Part shown: positions 12,321 to 27,000 of the stretch, piece after piece
How positions within the stretch are numbered: position 1 is the stretch's first letter
How the letters are laid out: every line of letters starts with the position of its first letter
Assembly: GCF_038025025.1 (NCBI RefSeq)
Contig: NW_027117342.1
Span: forward strand, 1,364,001-1,428,000
Source: Phyllosticta citribraziliensis
Taxonomy: Eukaryota
Reading direction: 5' to 3'
DNA length: 64,000 nucleotides
Made by a program: the position numbers and the translations under genes
Notes under the pieces: model-generated
Database searches by the model: none
Seen by the model: the letters and a program-made list of their open reading frames with translations, nothing else
What the model was told of the DNA's origin: nothing

Positions 12321-14011
12321 ATGCCCCCCCTAAAGAGAAGCTGAAATTATAGGAATTAGTAGCTGTAGGCGCTTGCGTAGGTATAGACTTATAATGTATA
12401 ATAGTGGTAATTTAGTAATTTAAGTATTTTATATAGTTATAAAGTATAATTATTAGTCTAGGGCTACTACTATACTATCTCTTTTTCTATTACCATCTCT
12501 TTTACTATATAACCTATAGAAGGTTACTATTTTACTTAGCTATATTTAAAGCTCCCTATTAAAGTATATTATTACCCTAGTCTAATTTAGCTATGATCTA
12601 GTAAACTGACTATTATATATAAAGGTTCTAATAATTTAAATAATTTATACCTTACTAATAGTAAAGTAGATATTCCTAGCTGCTATGTACTTGATATATC
12701 TGCTGCTTATTATAGTCTAGTCTGTTAGGACTTATTGCTATTATATAAGAGTTATAGTGTTAAGTTATTATTGTGTGGTATTATTTGTAATCTATTATAG
12801 TTACTGCTTACTTAGAGAGCTGTTTTAGCTAGTAGTATCTATAAGGACTATTATATAGAGTCCTAAGGTAAGTAAACTTTAATTCTATCTCTAACTATTA
12901 CTAATTATTATCTAGGCTATTAAGTAGTATTATATATCTAGGTTTTACTGCTTTATTATCCCATCTTGCCAACTAATATAATTATAGAGGAGGATACTTA
13001 TATAAAGACTTAGTTAGGCCAGGCTTTACTTATTTAGCTAGGAATAGCTATAGGCTTATTACTTTACCTATAGTATACTATAGTATTAGGTTCTGCTTAA
13101 TTAGTATTATTAGTTATTATGCAAGGTTTATTATCTATAGCTATATAGCCTGCTACTAACTAGCCTATTATGCTATATTGCTGCTAGTTTACTATCGCGC
13201 AGCCTGTTTTAGAGGAAGAAGGTAAAGAGCCTACTTATATATACTATTATTATAATCCTGCAGCTTATTAGGTTCTAGTAGCTGAGTACTTACTACCTGC
13301 TACTTTATATAATAGTAGTAATAGTGAGATTTATATTATAGTATCACCAGTTAGCTCTAATAAGGTGCCTATTAAGTAGGACTTTAAGTTGATACTTTAT
13401 ATCCCTTATAAGAATATAGAGAATATTATATAAGTAAGTTTATCTTACTAATATAAGGGATTCTTATCTAACTAACTATATAGGTATACCTTAGTGGTTC
13501 TAAAGTATAAGAGCGCACTAAGTGTATCTTAGCCTTAGGTAATAGTATACCTTACTTATATATTATAGTTTCTACTTAGCAATTTAACTACTTATTAGTT
13601 AAAACTTAAGCTAGCTTGTGCGATACTTTTCTTATCTAGTATACTAGAATTAATAACTCTATTAGCTATACTAAGTATTATAATAATACTAATACTTGCG
13701 CATTTATTAGTTATTACTACCTACCTAGTTTCTTATAGGGCTGCTGCGCTAACTACCTTTAGGGTATAGGTAACTTAGACTATACTATTAGTAACTTAAA
13801 GGGTGCCAAGCCGCCTACTTATTATAAGAGGTATAAAGATAAAATTTATATAGAGGAGTTCTAGAACTTATACTACTAAGCTAGGGTAGAGGATTAAACT
13901 AATTAGGCTTTAGCTAAGTAGGATATCCTACCTAATAAGCTAGAGGATCTAGAAGAGACTATCTTATATAATAATAGTTATAATAAGAAGAAGGGAAAAG
14001 GAAGGAAGTAA
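12321..14011 (+). pseudogene. Family B antisense accessory gene (copy B1)
   Basis: Collinear with 50771-52462. Introns at 12868-12915 and 13434-13483; GGCTGCTGCGCTAAC (GCCAN) at ~13739. Confidence 0.7.
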
Positions 14012-15764
14012 AGAGTAGAAAGTAAAGAAGAGGGAAGTAGGGGATAAGTAGTAAAAAGAAGAGACTAGAGAGTAGAAGTTAAGATTAATAGTATTTATAT
14101 AAGGGTAGATAGTAAACTAATTAGTCTACTTTCTATATCTTTATAATATTTACTATAGGCCTAAGTAACTTATTTTATTATTACTTTCTATTTTAATCTA
14201 TAGTTCTTCTTAGAGGAAGGTAGTCTTCTATTTTTCTAGATTTTTTAGTGGTCCTGCTATAGTAGGGTATAATAAGTAGAATTCTTTAATTTTCTATAGT
14301 ATACTACTAAAAAAACTTATATTATACTACTAGTTATCTTAGTTATATTTAGTCTATTTAACTTAATATTAAAGCTTCCTATATAAGACTTAACTAGCTT
14401 AAATATAGTCTACTTCCTACTTAGGCTTATCTTAAATAATCTTAGGTTCTAGTTTAGTATATTCCTAACTAGGAAGCTGTTCTAGTTTAGCCTTATATAG
14501 CCTATTAGTATAGAAAAGGTTAACTATCTTTATATATAAGGGAAGATTAAGGATATAGGAGGATCCTTCTATTCCTATAATCTTAAAAGGTCTAGTATTA
14601 GGGAAGTCTAATTTAAGGTTTAGCTAATTAGTAGACTATTCTATTTTCTTAATATAGATATAATCTCTAACTATAAAGTCTAGTGCGCGATGGTATTTAT
14701 TAGCTTATTAGTATATATACTCTTAGGATTTAAGAATAAGTTTCTTTATAAATTTAAAAGCTTCTTATCTTCTTTTTTATAGTATTTATACTACTATATG
14801 AGCTATCTTTTCTAGTTACTAGGGGGTCTTAGTTTATTATTACTAGTTATAGTATATTTAAGGGGAATATCCTAACTTAATCTTAAAGGGTAAAAGTCTA
14901 GTAGCTTTATAGGGAAGTATTACTTGTATAAGGTCTATTAATAGTAGAAGATTAGACTAATCATTCTAAAAGTAATTAATAAAAGGTCTTAATCTTTATA
15001 TAAGATACTAATTAATAATCTCTATAATACTATTAGTCTAAGAGTAGTAGGATAAGTTAAAATACTGCTCTATACTAGTTAGCTTATATAGTTTATTTAT
15101 AAATACTAAGATGAACTAAGGGCCTTAGTTAGATAGGATAGACTTAGGGTTTCTATAAATATAGTAGATATATTTATAAAAGAGCCTAGAGACTCCTTTA
15201 GTATTAATCTTCTTTATATAAGGTAAGCTAAAGGTTCTTTAACTTAACTAGTCTATAATAACTAGGATTATATTATAGCCTTTTTAGTCTTTAGGCATCT
15301 CTTTAAAATCTATAGCTAGGTATTACCAGGGTTAAGTGGGAATCTCTAGGGGTTATAAAAGGCCTAGGTCTTTATTATAAAACTCTTTTATTTAGCAGTA
15401 AATATAGTATCCTCACCTATAAATATTAATTATATAATTTATAGCTAGCTAGTAGTAATATTACTTAAGGAGTTTTTACATCTTTATAATACCAGGATAG
15501 GCAGTTATATAGGTAGTATATAAAGTATTAAGCATTTTTACGCAGAGGTTATTATAATCTAGTATAAAGAGGGTACTATATTATAGTAAAAGACTATCCT
15601 TTAGTTCCTAACTATTTCTTTATTTAAGGTCTTTTAAGAGGGCTTTCTATCTCTAGAATTCTAATTTAGAATCTTCTTAGTTTATATAGAGAAGTTTATC
15701 TAAAAATAATACTAGAGGAGGAAGTTCTTATTCTAAAATAGAAAGAGGGATAATAGTCTCTAGT

Positions 15765-18700
15765 TATTATAACTTGCAGATTTCTTATTATACAGGTAAG
15801 GGCTAAAGGCAAACTACTAGAGAATATATATATATCTTAATTAAATATAATAAGTTAAAAGAATAAAATATAAAAGATACTTACTACCTATATATTTCCT
15901 AGTCCTTCCTTTATACTATTCTACCTCTTATCCTTTATATAAGGGTCCTTAGTTATTATTAGGTAAGTTATAAAGGTGAGGTGTTAATAGGCTATTATAT
16001 GGTATCTGCCTAGGGCTATAGTGGCTGGTGCCAGGCTGTAGTGGCTGGTGCTAGGCTGTAGTGACTAGTACTAGCCTATAGTGGCTAGTGCTAGCCTGCG
16101 GGTTTTAGCCTAAGCTGTAGTAGGTAGGCTGCTACCTAAGGTGAGGCTCGTGCTTCCTATAACTACGCGATACTAGGTTTATCTATGCTGGCCCTAGTGC
16201 TTATATAGGCGCATATATGCCTATTATAACATGCCCCCCCTAAAGAGAAGCTAAAATTATAGGAATTAGTAGCTATAGGCGCTTATATAGGTGCAGACTT
16301 ATAATATATAGTAGTAGTAATTTAGTAATTTAAGCATTCTATATAGTTATAAAGTATAATTATTAGTCTAGGTCTACTACTATACTATCTCTTTCTATTA
16401 CTATCTCTTTTACCGCGCGACCTATAGAAGGTTACTATCTTACTTAGCTATATCTAAAGCTCCCTATTAAAGTATATTATTATCCTAGTCTAATTTAGCT
16501 ATAATCTAGTAAACTAACTATCGCGCGTAAAGGTTCTAATAATTTAAATAATTTATACCCTACTAATAGTAAAGCAGATATTCCTAGCTACTGCACGCTT
16601 AATATATCTACTACTTATTATAGTCTAGTCTATCAGGACTTATTACTATTATATAAAGGTTATAGTATTAAGTCATCATTATACAGCATCATTTATAATC
16701 TATTATAGTTACTACTTACTTAGAGAGCTGTTTTAGCTAGTAGTATCTATAAGGACTATTATATAGAGTCCTAAGATAAGTAAACTTTAATTCTATCTCT
16801 AACTATTACTAATTATTATCTAGGCCATTAAGTAGTATTATATATCTAGGTTTTACTACTTTATCATCCTATCTTACTAACTAATATAATTATGGAGGAG
16901 GACACTTATATAAAGACTTAGTTAGGCTAGGCTTTACTTATTTAGCCAGGAATAGCTATAGGCTTATTACTTTACCTATAGCATACTATAGTGTTAGGTT
17001 CTACTTAATCAGTATTATTAGTTATTATATAAGGTTTGTTATCTGTAGCTATACAGCCTGCTACTAACCAGCCTATTATGCTGCATTACTACTAGTTTAC
17101 TATCGCGCAGCCTATTTCAGAGGAAGAAGGTAAAGAGCCTACTTATACGTACTATTATTATAATCCTACAGCTTATTAGGTTCTAGTAGCTAAGTACTTA
17201 CTACCTACTACTTTATATAACAGCAGTAATAGTGAGATTTACATTATAGTATTACTAGTTAGCTCTAATAAGGCGCCTATTAAGTGGGACTTTAAGTTAA
17301 TACTTTATATCCCTTATAAGAATATAGAGAGTATTATACAAGTAAGTTTATCTTACTAATATAAGGGATTCTTATCTGACTAACTATATAGGCGCACCTT
17401 AGTAGTTCTAAAGTATAAGAGCGCGCTAAGTATATCTTAGCCTTAGGTAATAGTATGCCTTACTTATATATTATAGTTTCTACTCAGCAATTTAACTACT
17501 TATTAGTTAAAACTTAAGCTAGCTCGCGCGATGCTTTTCTTATCTAGTATACTAGAATTAATAACCCTATTAGCTATACTAAGTATTATAATAATACTAA
17601 TACTTACGCGTTTATTAGTTATTACTACCTGCCTAGTTTCTTATAGGGCTGCTGCGCTAACTGCCTTTAAGGTATAGGTAACTTAGACTGTACTATTAGT
17701 AACTTAAAGGGTACCAAGCCGCCTACTTATTATAAGAGGTATAAAGATAAAATTTATATAAAGGAGTTCTAGAACTTATACTACTAAGCTAGGGTAGAGG
17801 ATTAAACTAATTAGGCTTTAGCTAAGTAGGATATCCTACCTAATAAGCTAGAGGATCTAGAGGAGACTATCTTATATAATAATAGTTATAATAAGAAGAA
17901 GGGAAAAGGAAGGAAGTAAAGGGTAGAAAGTAAAGAAGAGGGAAGTAGGGGATAAGTAGTAAAAAGGAGAGACTAGAGAGTAGAAGTTAAGGTTAATAGT
18001 ATTTATATAAGGGTAGATAGTAAACTAATTAGTCTACTTTCTATATCTTTATAATATTTACTATAGGCCTAAGTAACTTATTTTATTATTACTTTCTATT
18101 TTAATCTATAGTTCTTCTTAGAGGAAGGCAGTCTTCTATTTTTCTAGATTTTTTAGTAGTCCTACTATAGTAGGGTATAATAAGTAGAATTCTTTAATTT
18201 TCTATAGTATACTACTAAAAGAACTTATATTATACTACTAGTTATCTTAGTTATATCTAGTCTATTTAACTTAATATTAAAGCTTCCTATATAAGACTTA
18301 ACTAGCTTAAATATAGTCTACTTCCCACTTAGGCTCGTCTTAAATAATCTTAGGTTCTAGTTTAGTATATTCCTAACTAGGAAGCTATTCTAGTTTAGCC
18401 TTATATAGCCTATTAGTATAGAAAAGGTTAACTATCTTTATATATAAGGGAAGATTAAGGATATAGGAGGATCCTTCTATTCCTATAATCTTAAAAGGTC
18501 TAGTATTAGGGAAGTCTAATTTAAGGTTTAGCTAATTAGTAGACCATCCTATTTTCTTAATATAGATATAATCTCTAACTGTAAAGTCTAGTATATGATG
18601 GTATTTATTAGCTTATTAGCGCATATACTCTTAGGATTTAAGAATGAGTTTCTTTATAAATTTAAAAGCTTCTTATCTTCTTTTTTATAGTGTTTATACT

Positions 18701-21700
18701 ACTGTGCGAGCCATCTTTTCTAGTTACTAGGGGGTCTTGGTTTATTATTACTAGTTATAGTATATTTAAGGGGAATATCCTAACTTAATCTTAAAGGGTA
18801 AAAGTCTAGTAGCTTTATAGGGAAGTATTACTTATACAAGGTCTATTAATAGTAGAAGATTAGACTAATCATTCTAAAAGTAATTAATAAAAGGTCTTAA
18901 TCTTTATATAAGATACTAATTAATAATCTCCATAATACTATTAGTCTAAGAGTAGTAGGATAAGTTAAAATACTACTCTATACTAGTTAGCTTATATAGT
19001 TTATTTATAAATGCTGAGATGAACTGAGGGCCTTAGTTAGATAGGATAGACTTAGGGTTTCTATAAATATAGTAGATATATTTATAAAAGAGCCTAGAGA
19101 CTCCTTTAGTATTAATCTTCTTTATATAAGGTAAGCTAAAGGTTCTTTAACTTAACTGGTCTATAATAACTAGGATTGTATTATAGCCTTTTTAGTCTTT
19201 AGGTATCTCTTTAAAATCTATAGCTAGGTATTACTAGGGTTAAGTGGGAATCTCTAGGGGTTATAGAAGGCCTAGGTCTTTATTATAAAACTCTTTTATT
19301 TAGTGGTAAATATGGCATCCTTACCTATAAATATTAATTATATAATTTATAGCTAGCTAGTAGTAATATTACTTAAGGAGTTTTCGCATCTTTATAATAC
19401 TAGGATGGGCAGTTATATAGGTAGTATATAAAGTATTAAGTATTCTTGCGCGGAGGTTATTATAATCTAGTATAAAGAGGGTACTATATTATAGTAAAAG
19501 ACCATCCTTTAGTTCCTAACTATTTCTTTATTTAAGGTCTTTTAAGAGGGCTTTCTATCTCTAGAATTCTAATTTAGAATCTTCTCAGTTCGCGTAGAGG
19601 AGTTTATCTAAAAATAATACTAGAGGAGGAAGTTTATATTCTAAAATAGAAAGAGGGATAATAGTCTCTAGTAGGATAAGGCATATCTCTTATATAGCCT
19701 TTACTTTTTCTTTCTAAGTCTTTAAATCTTCTTATTTTTAAGTAAGGTAATTAGTAATGATATTTTCCTTTCCTGGTTAATAGGAGAATTATATATAGAA
19801 CTCTATAAAAAACTTAGACTATCTAGCTTATTATTAATTAAGTTATTATTTAGTAGAGTAGTACTCTAATACCTAATAGTCTATAATTATAAGAAAAGGT
19901 TTTTTAAGGCTAATAAGCATTAGTCTCTATTCTTCTAGTCTATTCTTAATAGCCAGCAGTTCTTTATCTAAAATTCTATAATAAAGTTCTATATCTACCA
20001 TTACCTTAGAGTAGAATACTACTAGTTTCTAATTATATAAAGGTTGCTAGAGCTATATTAAGATGCTAGTAGTAACTCTATTACTTATGTTAGTCTCTAT
20101 GCGAGTATTAAGAGTAGGGTTATAGTTGGCTAGGAGTATATTACTACATATTAGCTTCTTAAGTTACTAAATTACCTCTTCTTCTAGGGGTCCTAGTTAT
20201 CACTATTTTACCTTAGAGTATAGTTTCTCTAATAGTTAGCTAATTTATCTATAGTTAGGGAGAAATTATTAGTAGAAATTATAGAAACCTAGGAAGGATT
20301 AAAGAGCTTTAAGGGTTTTTAGTATTAGCTAGTTTTATATAGGTTCTACTTTATCCAGGTCCATCTAAATGCCTTCTATAGAAACGATGTATCTAAGGAA
20401 CTTTATATAAGTAACTAAAAACTCACTCTTCTTTAAATCTACCTATAGTCCCACTTTTTATAGTCTTACTAGTACTTTTTTTACTTATTCCTTATACTCT
20501 ATAGGGTCTTTAGAGATAATAAGCATATTATCTATAAAAGCTATAATAAAATTATCTAAATACTTAAAGAGAACCTGGTTAATAAAATGTTAAAAGGCTG
20601 CAGGTCTATTACTTAATCTAAATAGTAAGATATAGTATTTAAATAACCTATATCTTATATAGAAAGTAGTTTTGTCTTCAGAATCCTTAGTAAGATAAAT
20701 ATAGTGGAAAGCTTATTAAATATTAAGCTTAGTGTAAATCTTACCCCTTCTAATATACTAAAGTAACTCTATAATAAGAGGGAGGGGGTGTAAATCCTTA
20801 GTAGTTTATTTATTAAGCTATTAGTAGTCTATGTAAAATCTCCATCCCCTACCAGGCTTTTTTACTATAAGAATAGGAGAAGTATAGGTAGTAAAGCTCT
20901 TAGTAATAAAGCCTTTCTAAAGGTTCTTAATAATATACTCTTTTACAGCCTTAAGCTGCTCTAGAGATATTCTATAGAGAGGACTAGGTAGAAGCTCTAG
21001 TAGACCATTATATATAAGAGATATTTTATAATTAACTCCTATATAATAGGGTGGTAGCTTATTAGACTCTATTTTAGAAAATACATCTTAAAATTCCTTA
21101 TAAGCGGCTAGTAGCTTAGAAGCTAGTAATTCCTTAGTTTCCTTATCTTTAATAGCTACTTAGACTTATATAAGGTTAATAGCATAGATCTCTATTAGCG
21201 CAACTTATATTTTATAAATAGAAAGCTTAAATATATCTTAAGTTTAGAATTTAATTCCCTTAATAACCTATATAGAGGGAAGAAGGCGTTTATTAAATTT
21301 TTTATCTCTATAGTCTATATCTACTTAGTATTCTTTCTATAGTTCTTTACTTTATATAGAGATTTTTAGTAGTTATAAAAGATGCTAAAAAGACTAGTTA
21401 ACTAGTAGCTATCTCTAGACTAGTTTATATTATTTATAGTCTAGAAGGATATTGTACTGGTTAAAAAACTATTACCTAAGAATTATATTATTATAGCTAA
21501 TATTATAAATAAAAGTATAAGTAGAAACCATTTAATCTTAGAAATAGAGTTAAAGATAAAAGTAAAAATTAACTTTCTCATTTATATATTAGTTAAACCT
21601 AGTAATATTAAGCCCTTTACCTATTATTCTCTTTTTTATAGCACCTATAGACTAGAGAGTTAGTAGTAGCTTAGGGTAAATAAAACTTATACTACTAGTA

Positions 21701-24096
21701 CTAGTATTAGCTAGGGCATGAATTTCTAAGGCGCGGCTGTTAGATATAATTAAGGTTTATATAGTAAAGGGTACACCTCTAATAAAGTGACTAAGATTTA
21801 TATAAGAACCCTTAATATATATTACTCTAAGTTTAGACCTATAGCTAGAGACTTTACCTAGGTCTTATTATTTTCTAATAAAGACTAATCTCCTTTATTT
21901 ATATAGATATCTTTAGTACTTTCTTCTTTAACTAACTCTATTACCTTTATCTCTGGTTATAGGTATTATCTCTATAAATAGCTAAACTAGCTATAGTAAT
22001 TATATAGTCTAATCTCTATATAGACTTCTACTTTACCTTTATAGGTTATATCATATAAGGGAGCCCTAGATATAGATCACACCTAAGTATAACTAGAAGA
22101 TAAAGTACTTATACTACCTAAGATAGTTATCTTTACTCTTTCTTATTATCTCTTCTTTACTTATTCCTTATATAATATAAGTATTAGTTTTCTATAGTTA
22201 GAATAGTAGTTACTAAGACTTCAAGTAATAGGGTAGGCTTATTAGAGGTACTTATAAAAGTTAACATCCTCATCTTACTCTACAGTAACTATATAGGTTT
22301 AAAGGAGAGGATCTATTATATTATAAAAGTCCTCTTTCTACTATTCCTAGAGAAGATCTATATCTAAGGCTAATTATATAAAGTTTAATTAAAACTTCTA
22401 AAGGTCTATAGGAATATAGTATATAAGAGAGCGTAACTACTTCTTTATATCCTTATATTTATATAGACTCTAGAGGAGGTTATCTAGGAATTTAAAGATA
22501 TCCTTATCTAGAGTAACTTTATTAGCCTTTATATAAGAAGTAAGGAAAGGAGTTAGGTAATATAAGACTTCTCTACTAATATAGGAAATAATATAACCTA
22601 TAATATTTTATTTAGTCTCCTTTACTATATCTTTAGTAAAGTAATCGTGGTTTTATTTAATTTTATTTTATATAAGGAGGGTCTAGTATTTATATAAGGG
22701 GTCTTCTCTATTAGTAAGAAGAGGAGGATTAGGAACCTTACTACTTTAGTATTTCTTACTACTTAAAGATAAAGTAGAGGTTTTAGTAGTAGTTTCCCTT
22801 ATATAGGTTAGAGGAGGTCTAAGAGTCCTTATTACTCTACTAGTAGAAGGATCTTAAGAGAGGGTAATAGGTCTTAGGTACTAAGCTAATAGAGAGGGCC
22901 TAATATATCCTTCCCTTAAGGCTTCCCTTAGTCTATTAGTATAGTTTAAGAGTATTTACTTAAGAGCCCAGTTCTGCCTTTATGCGCAGTTCAGTTACTG
23001 CTGCACTTAAGACTTGTTTAAGGATGTAATCTCAGATTTAAATTAATTAATATCTAAGCGCGGTACCTTTATAAATGCCTCTATAACTAGAGCTTAAATA
23101 GTATAAGTTAACCCTAGGTCTTAGGTATATTCTTTCACCTCTGCTACTAGGACTAAGTAGAAATTATATAGGAGAATAGGGGTAGGTCCTCTCTTATTAT
23201 TATTTAATAAGTGTCTAGTGTTGCATGAATCTTTAGTGCCTTTATATAAATCTTATTAAGTTAATTAACTAGTACTAATACCTTTAGTAGTACTAGATAC
23301 ATCAGCTTTATTCTTAGCTATACTATCTTTATAGTCTTCTACTTAGAATGTCCCTTAAGTAGGTTATAGATAGGATGCCTCCTAGATATTTATATACTGC
23401 CCTATAGCCTTAACTAAAGACTTCTATAGTTAATATATACTTAATACTCCTTAGTCCTTAGATAATACTAATGCACCTAATAAAGATAACTTAGATTTGC
23501 TAGGGAAAAGTAATAAGCAGTCTTATATAAGACTATAGCTGTATATGATGTTACTTAGGTTGAATATTATAATACCTTTATAGGTAAAGAAGTAGGATAG
23601 AGCTAAAACTTAGAATAATCTTTTATATCTATTATAACTTGTAGATTTCTTATTATATAGGTGAGGGCTAAAGGTAAACTACTAGAGAATGTATATATAT
23701 CTTAATTAAATATAATAAGTTAAAAGAATAAAATATAAAAGATACTTACTACCTATATATTTCCTAGTCCTTCCTTTATACTATTCTACCTCTTATCCTT
23801 TATATAAGGGTCCTTAGTCATCATTAGGTAAGTTATAAAGGTGAGGTATTAATGGGCTATTGTATGGTATCTGCCTAGGGCTGTAGTAGCTAGTGCCAGG
23901 CTGTAGTAGCTGGTACCAGGCTGTAGTAGCTGGTGCCAGCCTGTAGTGGCTAGTGCCAGCCTATAGGTTTTAGCCTAAGCTGTAGTGGGCAGGCTGCTAC
24001 CTAAGGCGAGGCTCGTGCTTCCTATAACCACGTGACGCCAGGTTTATCCGTGCTGGCCCTAGTACTCGCGTAGGCGCGTATACGCCTATTATAATA
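15765..24096 (-). mobile_element. Family B chromovirus copy B2 (8332 bp), nested in B1 between RNase H and integrase
   Basis: 467-bp LTRs at 15765-16231 and 23630-24096. TSD CTAGT at 15760-15764 and 24097-24101; the same site appears uninterrupted in B2 at ~19668. RT LPFGLSNGPAAFQHFINQVL..YLDDF..AFVDDML at ~20520-20690; protease ALADTGAS at ~21695-21717. Confidence 0.95.
16231..17919 (+). pseudogene. Family B antisense accessory gene (copy B2)
   Basis: Collinear with the other copies; GGCTGCTGCGCTAACTGC (GCCANC) at ~17647; stop TAA at 17917-17919. Confidence 0.7.
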
Positions 24097-27000
24097 CTAG
24101 TAGGATAAGGTATATCTCTTATATAGCCTTTACTTTTTCTTTCTAAGTCTTTAGATCTTCTTATTTTTAAGTAAGGTAATTAGTAATGATATTTTCCTTT
24201 CCTAGTTAATAGGAGAATTGTATATAGAATTCTATAAAAAACTTAGACTATCTAGCTTATTATTAATTAAGTTGTTATTTAGTAGAGTAGTACTCTAATG
24301 CCTAATAGTCTATAATTATAAGAAAAGGTTTTTTAAGGCTAATAAGTATTAGTCTCTATTCTTCTAGTCTATTCTTAATAGCCAGCAGTTCTTTATCTAA
24401 AATTCCATAATAAAGTTCTGTATTAGCCATTACCTTAGAGTAGAAGGCTACTAGTTTCTAATTATATAAAGGTTATTAGAGCTACATTAAAATACCTATA
24501 GTAACTCTATTACTTATATTAGTCTCTATATAAGTATTAAGAGTAGGGTTATAGTTAGCTAGGAGTGTATTACTATATATTAGCTTCTTAAGTTACTAAA
24601 TTACCTCTTCTTCTAGGGGTCCTAGTTATTACTATTTTACCTTAGAGTATAGTTTCTCTAATAGTTAGCTAATTTGTCTATAGTTAGGGAGAAATTATTA
24701 GTAGAAATTATAGAAACCTAGGAAGGATTAAAGAGCTTTAAGGGTTTTTAGTATTAGCTAGTTTTATATAGGTTCTACTTTATCTAGGTCTATCTAAATG
24801 CCTTCTATAGAAATAATATATCTAAGGAACTTTATATAAGTAACTAAAAACTTACTCTTCTTTAAATCTACCTATAGTCCTGCTTTTTATAGTCTTACTA
24901 GTACTTTTTTTACTTATTCCTTATACTCTATAGGGTCTTTAGAGATAATGAGTATGTTATCTATAAAAGCTATAATAAAATTGTCTAAATACTTAAAGAG
25001 AACCTAGTTAATAAAATATTAAAAGGCTACTAGTCTGTTACTTAATCTAAAAGGTAAGATATAGTATTTAAATAACCTATATCTTATATAGAAAGTGGTT
25101 TTATCTTTAGAATCCTTAGTAAGATAAATGTAGTAGAAAGCTTATTAAATATTAAGCTTAGTGTAAATCTTGCCCCTTCTAATGTGCTAAAGTAACTCTA
25201 TAATAAGAGGGAGGGGGTATAAATCCTTAGTAGTTTATTTATTAAGCTATTAGTAGTTTATATAAAATCTCTATCCCCTACTAGGCTTTTTTACTATAAG
25301 AATGGGAGAAGTATAGGTAGTAAAGCTCTTAGTAATAAAGCCTTTCTAAAAGTTCTTAATAATATACTCTTTTATAGCCTTAAGCTGCTCTAGAGATATT
25401 CTATAGAGAGGACTAGGTAGAAGCTCTAGTAGACTATTATATATAAGAGATATTTTATAATTAACTCCTATATAATAGGGTAGTAGCTTATTAGACTCTA
25501 TTTTAGAAAATACATCTTGAAATTCCTTATAAGTAGCTAGTAGCTTAGAAGCTAGTAATTCCTTAGTTTCCTTATCTTTAATAGCTACTTAGACTTATAT
25601 AAGGTTAATAGTATAGATCTCTATTAGCACAACTTGTATTTTATAAATAGAAAGCTTAAATATATCTTAAGTTTAGAATTTAATTCCCTTAATAACCTAT
25701 ATAGAGGGAAGAAGGTATTTATTAAATTTTTTATCTCTATAGTCTATATCTACTTAGTGTTCTTTCTACAGTTCTTTACTTTATATAGAGATTTTTAGTA
25801 GTTATAAAAGATGCTAAAAAGACTAGTTAACTAGTAGCTATCTCTAGACTAGTTTATATTATTTATAGTCTAGAAGGACGTCGTGCTAGTTAAAAAACTA
25901 TTACCTAAGAATTATATTATTATAGCTAATATTATAAATAAAAGTATAAGTAGAAACCATTTAATCTTAGAAATAGAGTTAAAGATAAAAGTAAAAATTA
26001 ACCTTCTTATTTATATATTAGTTAAACCTAGTAATATTAAGCCCTTTACCTATTATTCTCTTTTTTATAGCACCTATAGACTAGAGAGTTAGTAGTAGCT
26101 TAGGGTAAATAAAACTTATACCTCTAGTACTAGTATTAGCTAGGGCATAAATTTCTAAGGTATAGCTATTAGATATAATTAAGGTTTATATAGTAAAGGG
26201 TACACCTCTAATAAAGTAACTAAGATTTATATAAGAACCCTTAATATATATTACTCTAAGTTTAGACCTATAGCTAGAGACTTTACCTAGGTCTTATTAT
26301 TTTCTAATAAAGACTAATCTCCTTTATTTATATAGATATCTTTAGCGCTTTCTTCTTTAACTAACTCTATTACCTTTATCTCTAGTTATAGGTATTATCT
26401 CTATAAATAGCTAAACTAGCTACAGTAATTATATAGTCTAATCTCTATATAGACTTCTACTTTACCTTTATAGGTTATATTATATAAGGGAGCCCTAGAT
26501 ATAGATCATACCTAAGTATAACTAGAAGATAAAGTACTTATACTACCTAAGGTAGTTATCTTTACTCTTTCTTATTATCTCTTCTTTACTTATTCCTCAC
26601 GCGACGTGAGTATTAGTTTTCTATAGTTAGAATAGTAGTTACTAAGACTTTAAGTAATGGGGTAGGCTTATTAGAGGTACTTATAAAAGTTAATATCCTT
26701 ATCTTACTCTATAGTAACTATATAGGTTTAAAGGAGAGGATCTATTATATTATAAAAGTCCTCTTTCTACTATTCTTAGGGAAGATCTATATCTAAGGCT
26801 AATTATATAAAGTTTAATTAAAACTTCTAAAGGTCTATAGGAATATAGTATATAAGAGAGTATAACTACTTCTTTATATCCTTATATTTATATAGACTCT
26901 AGAGGAGGTTATCTAGGAATTTAAAGATATCCTTATCTAGAGTAACTTTATTAGCCTTTATATAAGAAGTAAGGAAAGGAGTTAGATAATATAAGACTTC

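Noticed and set aside
25883..26092. ORFs 25883-26092 and 55983-56195 (+)
   Set aside because: Chance Ile/Lys/Asn-rich frames antisense to the RIPed protease region of family B.
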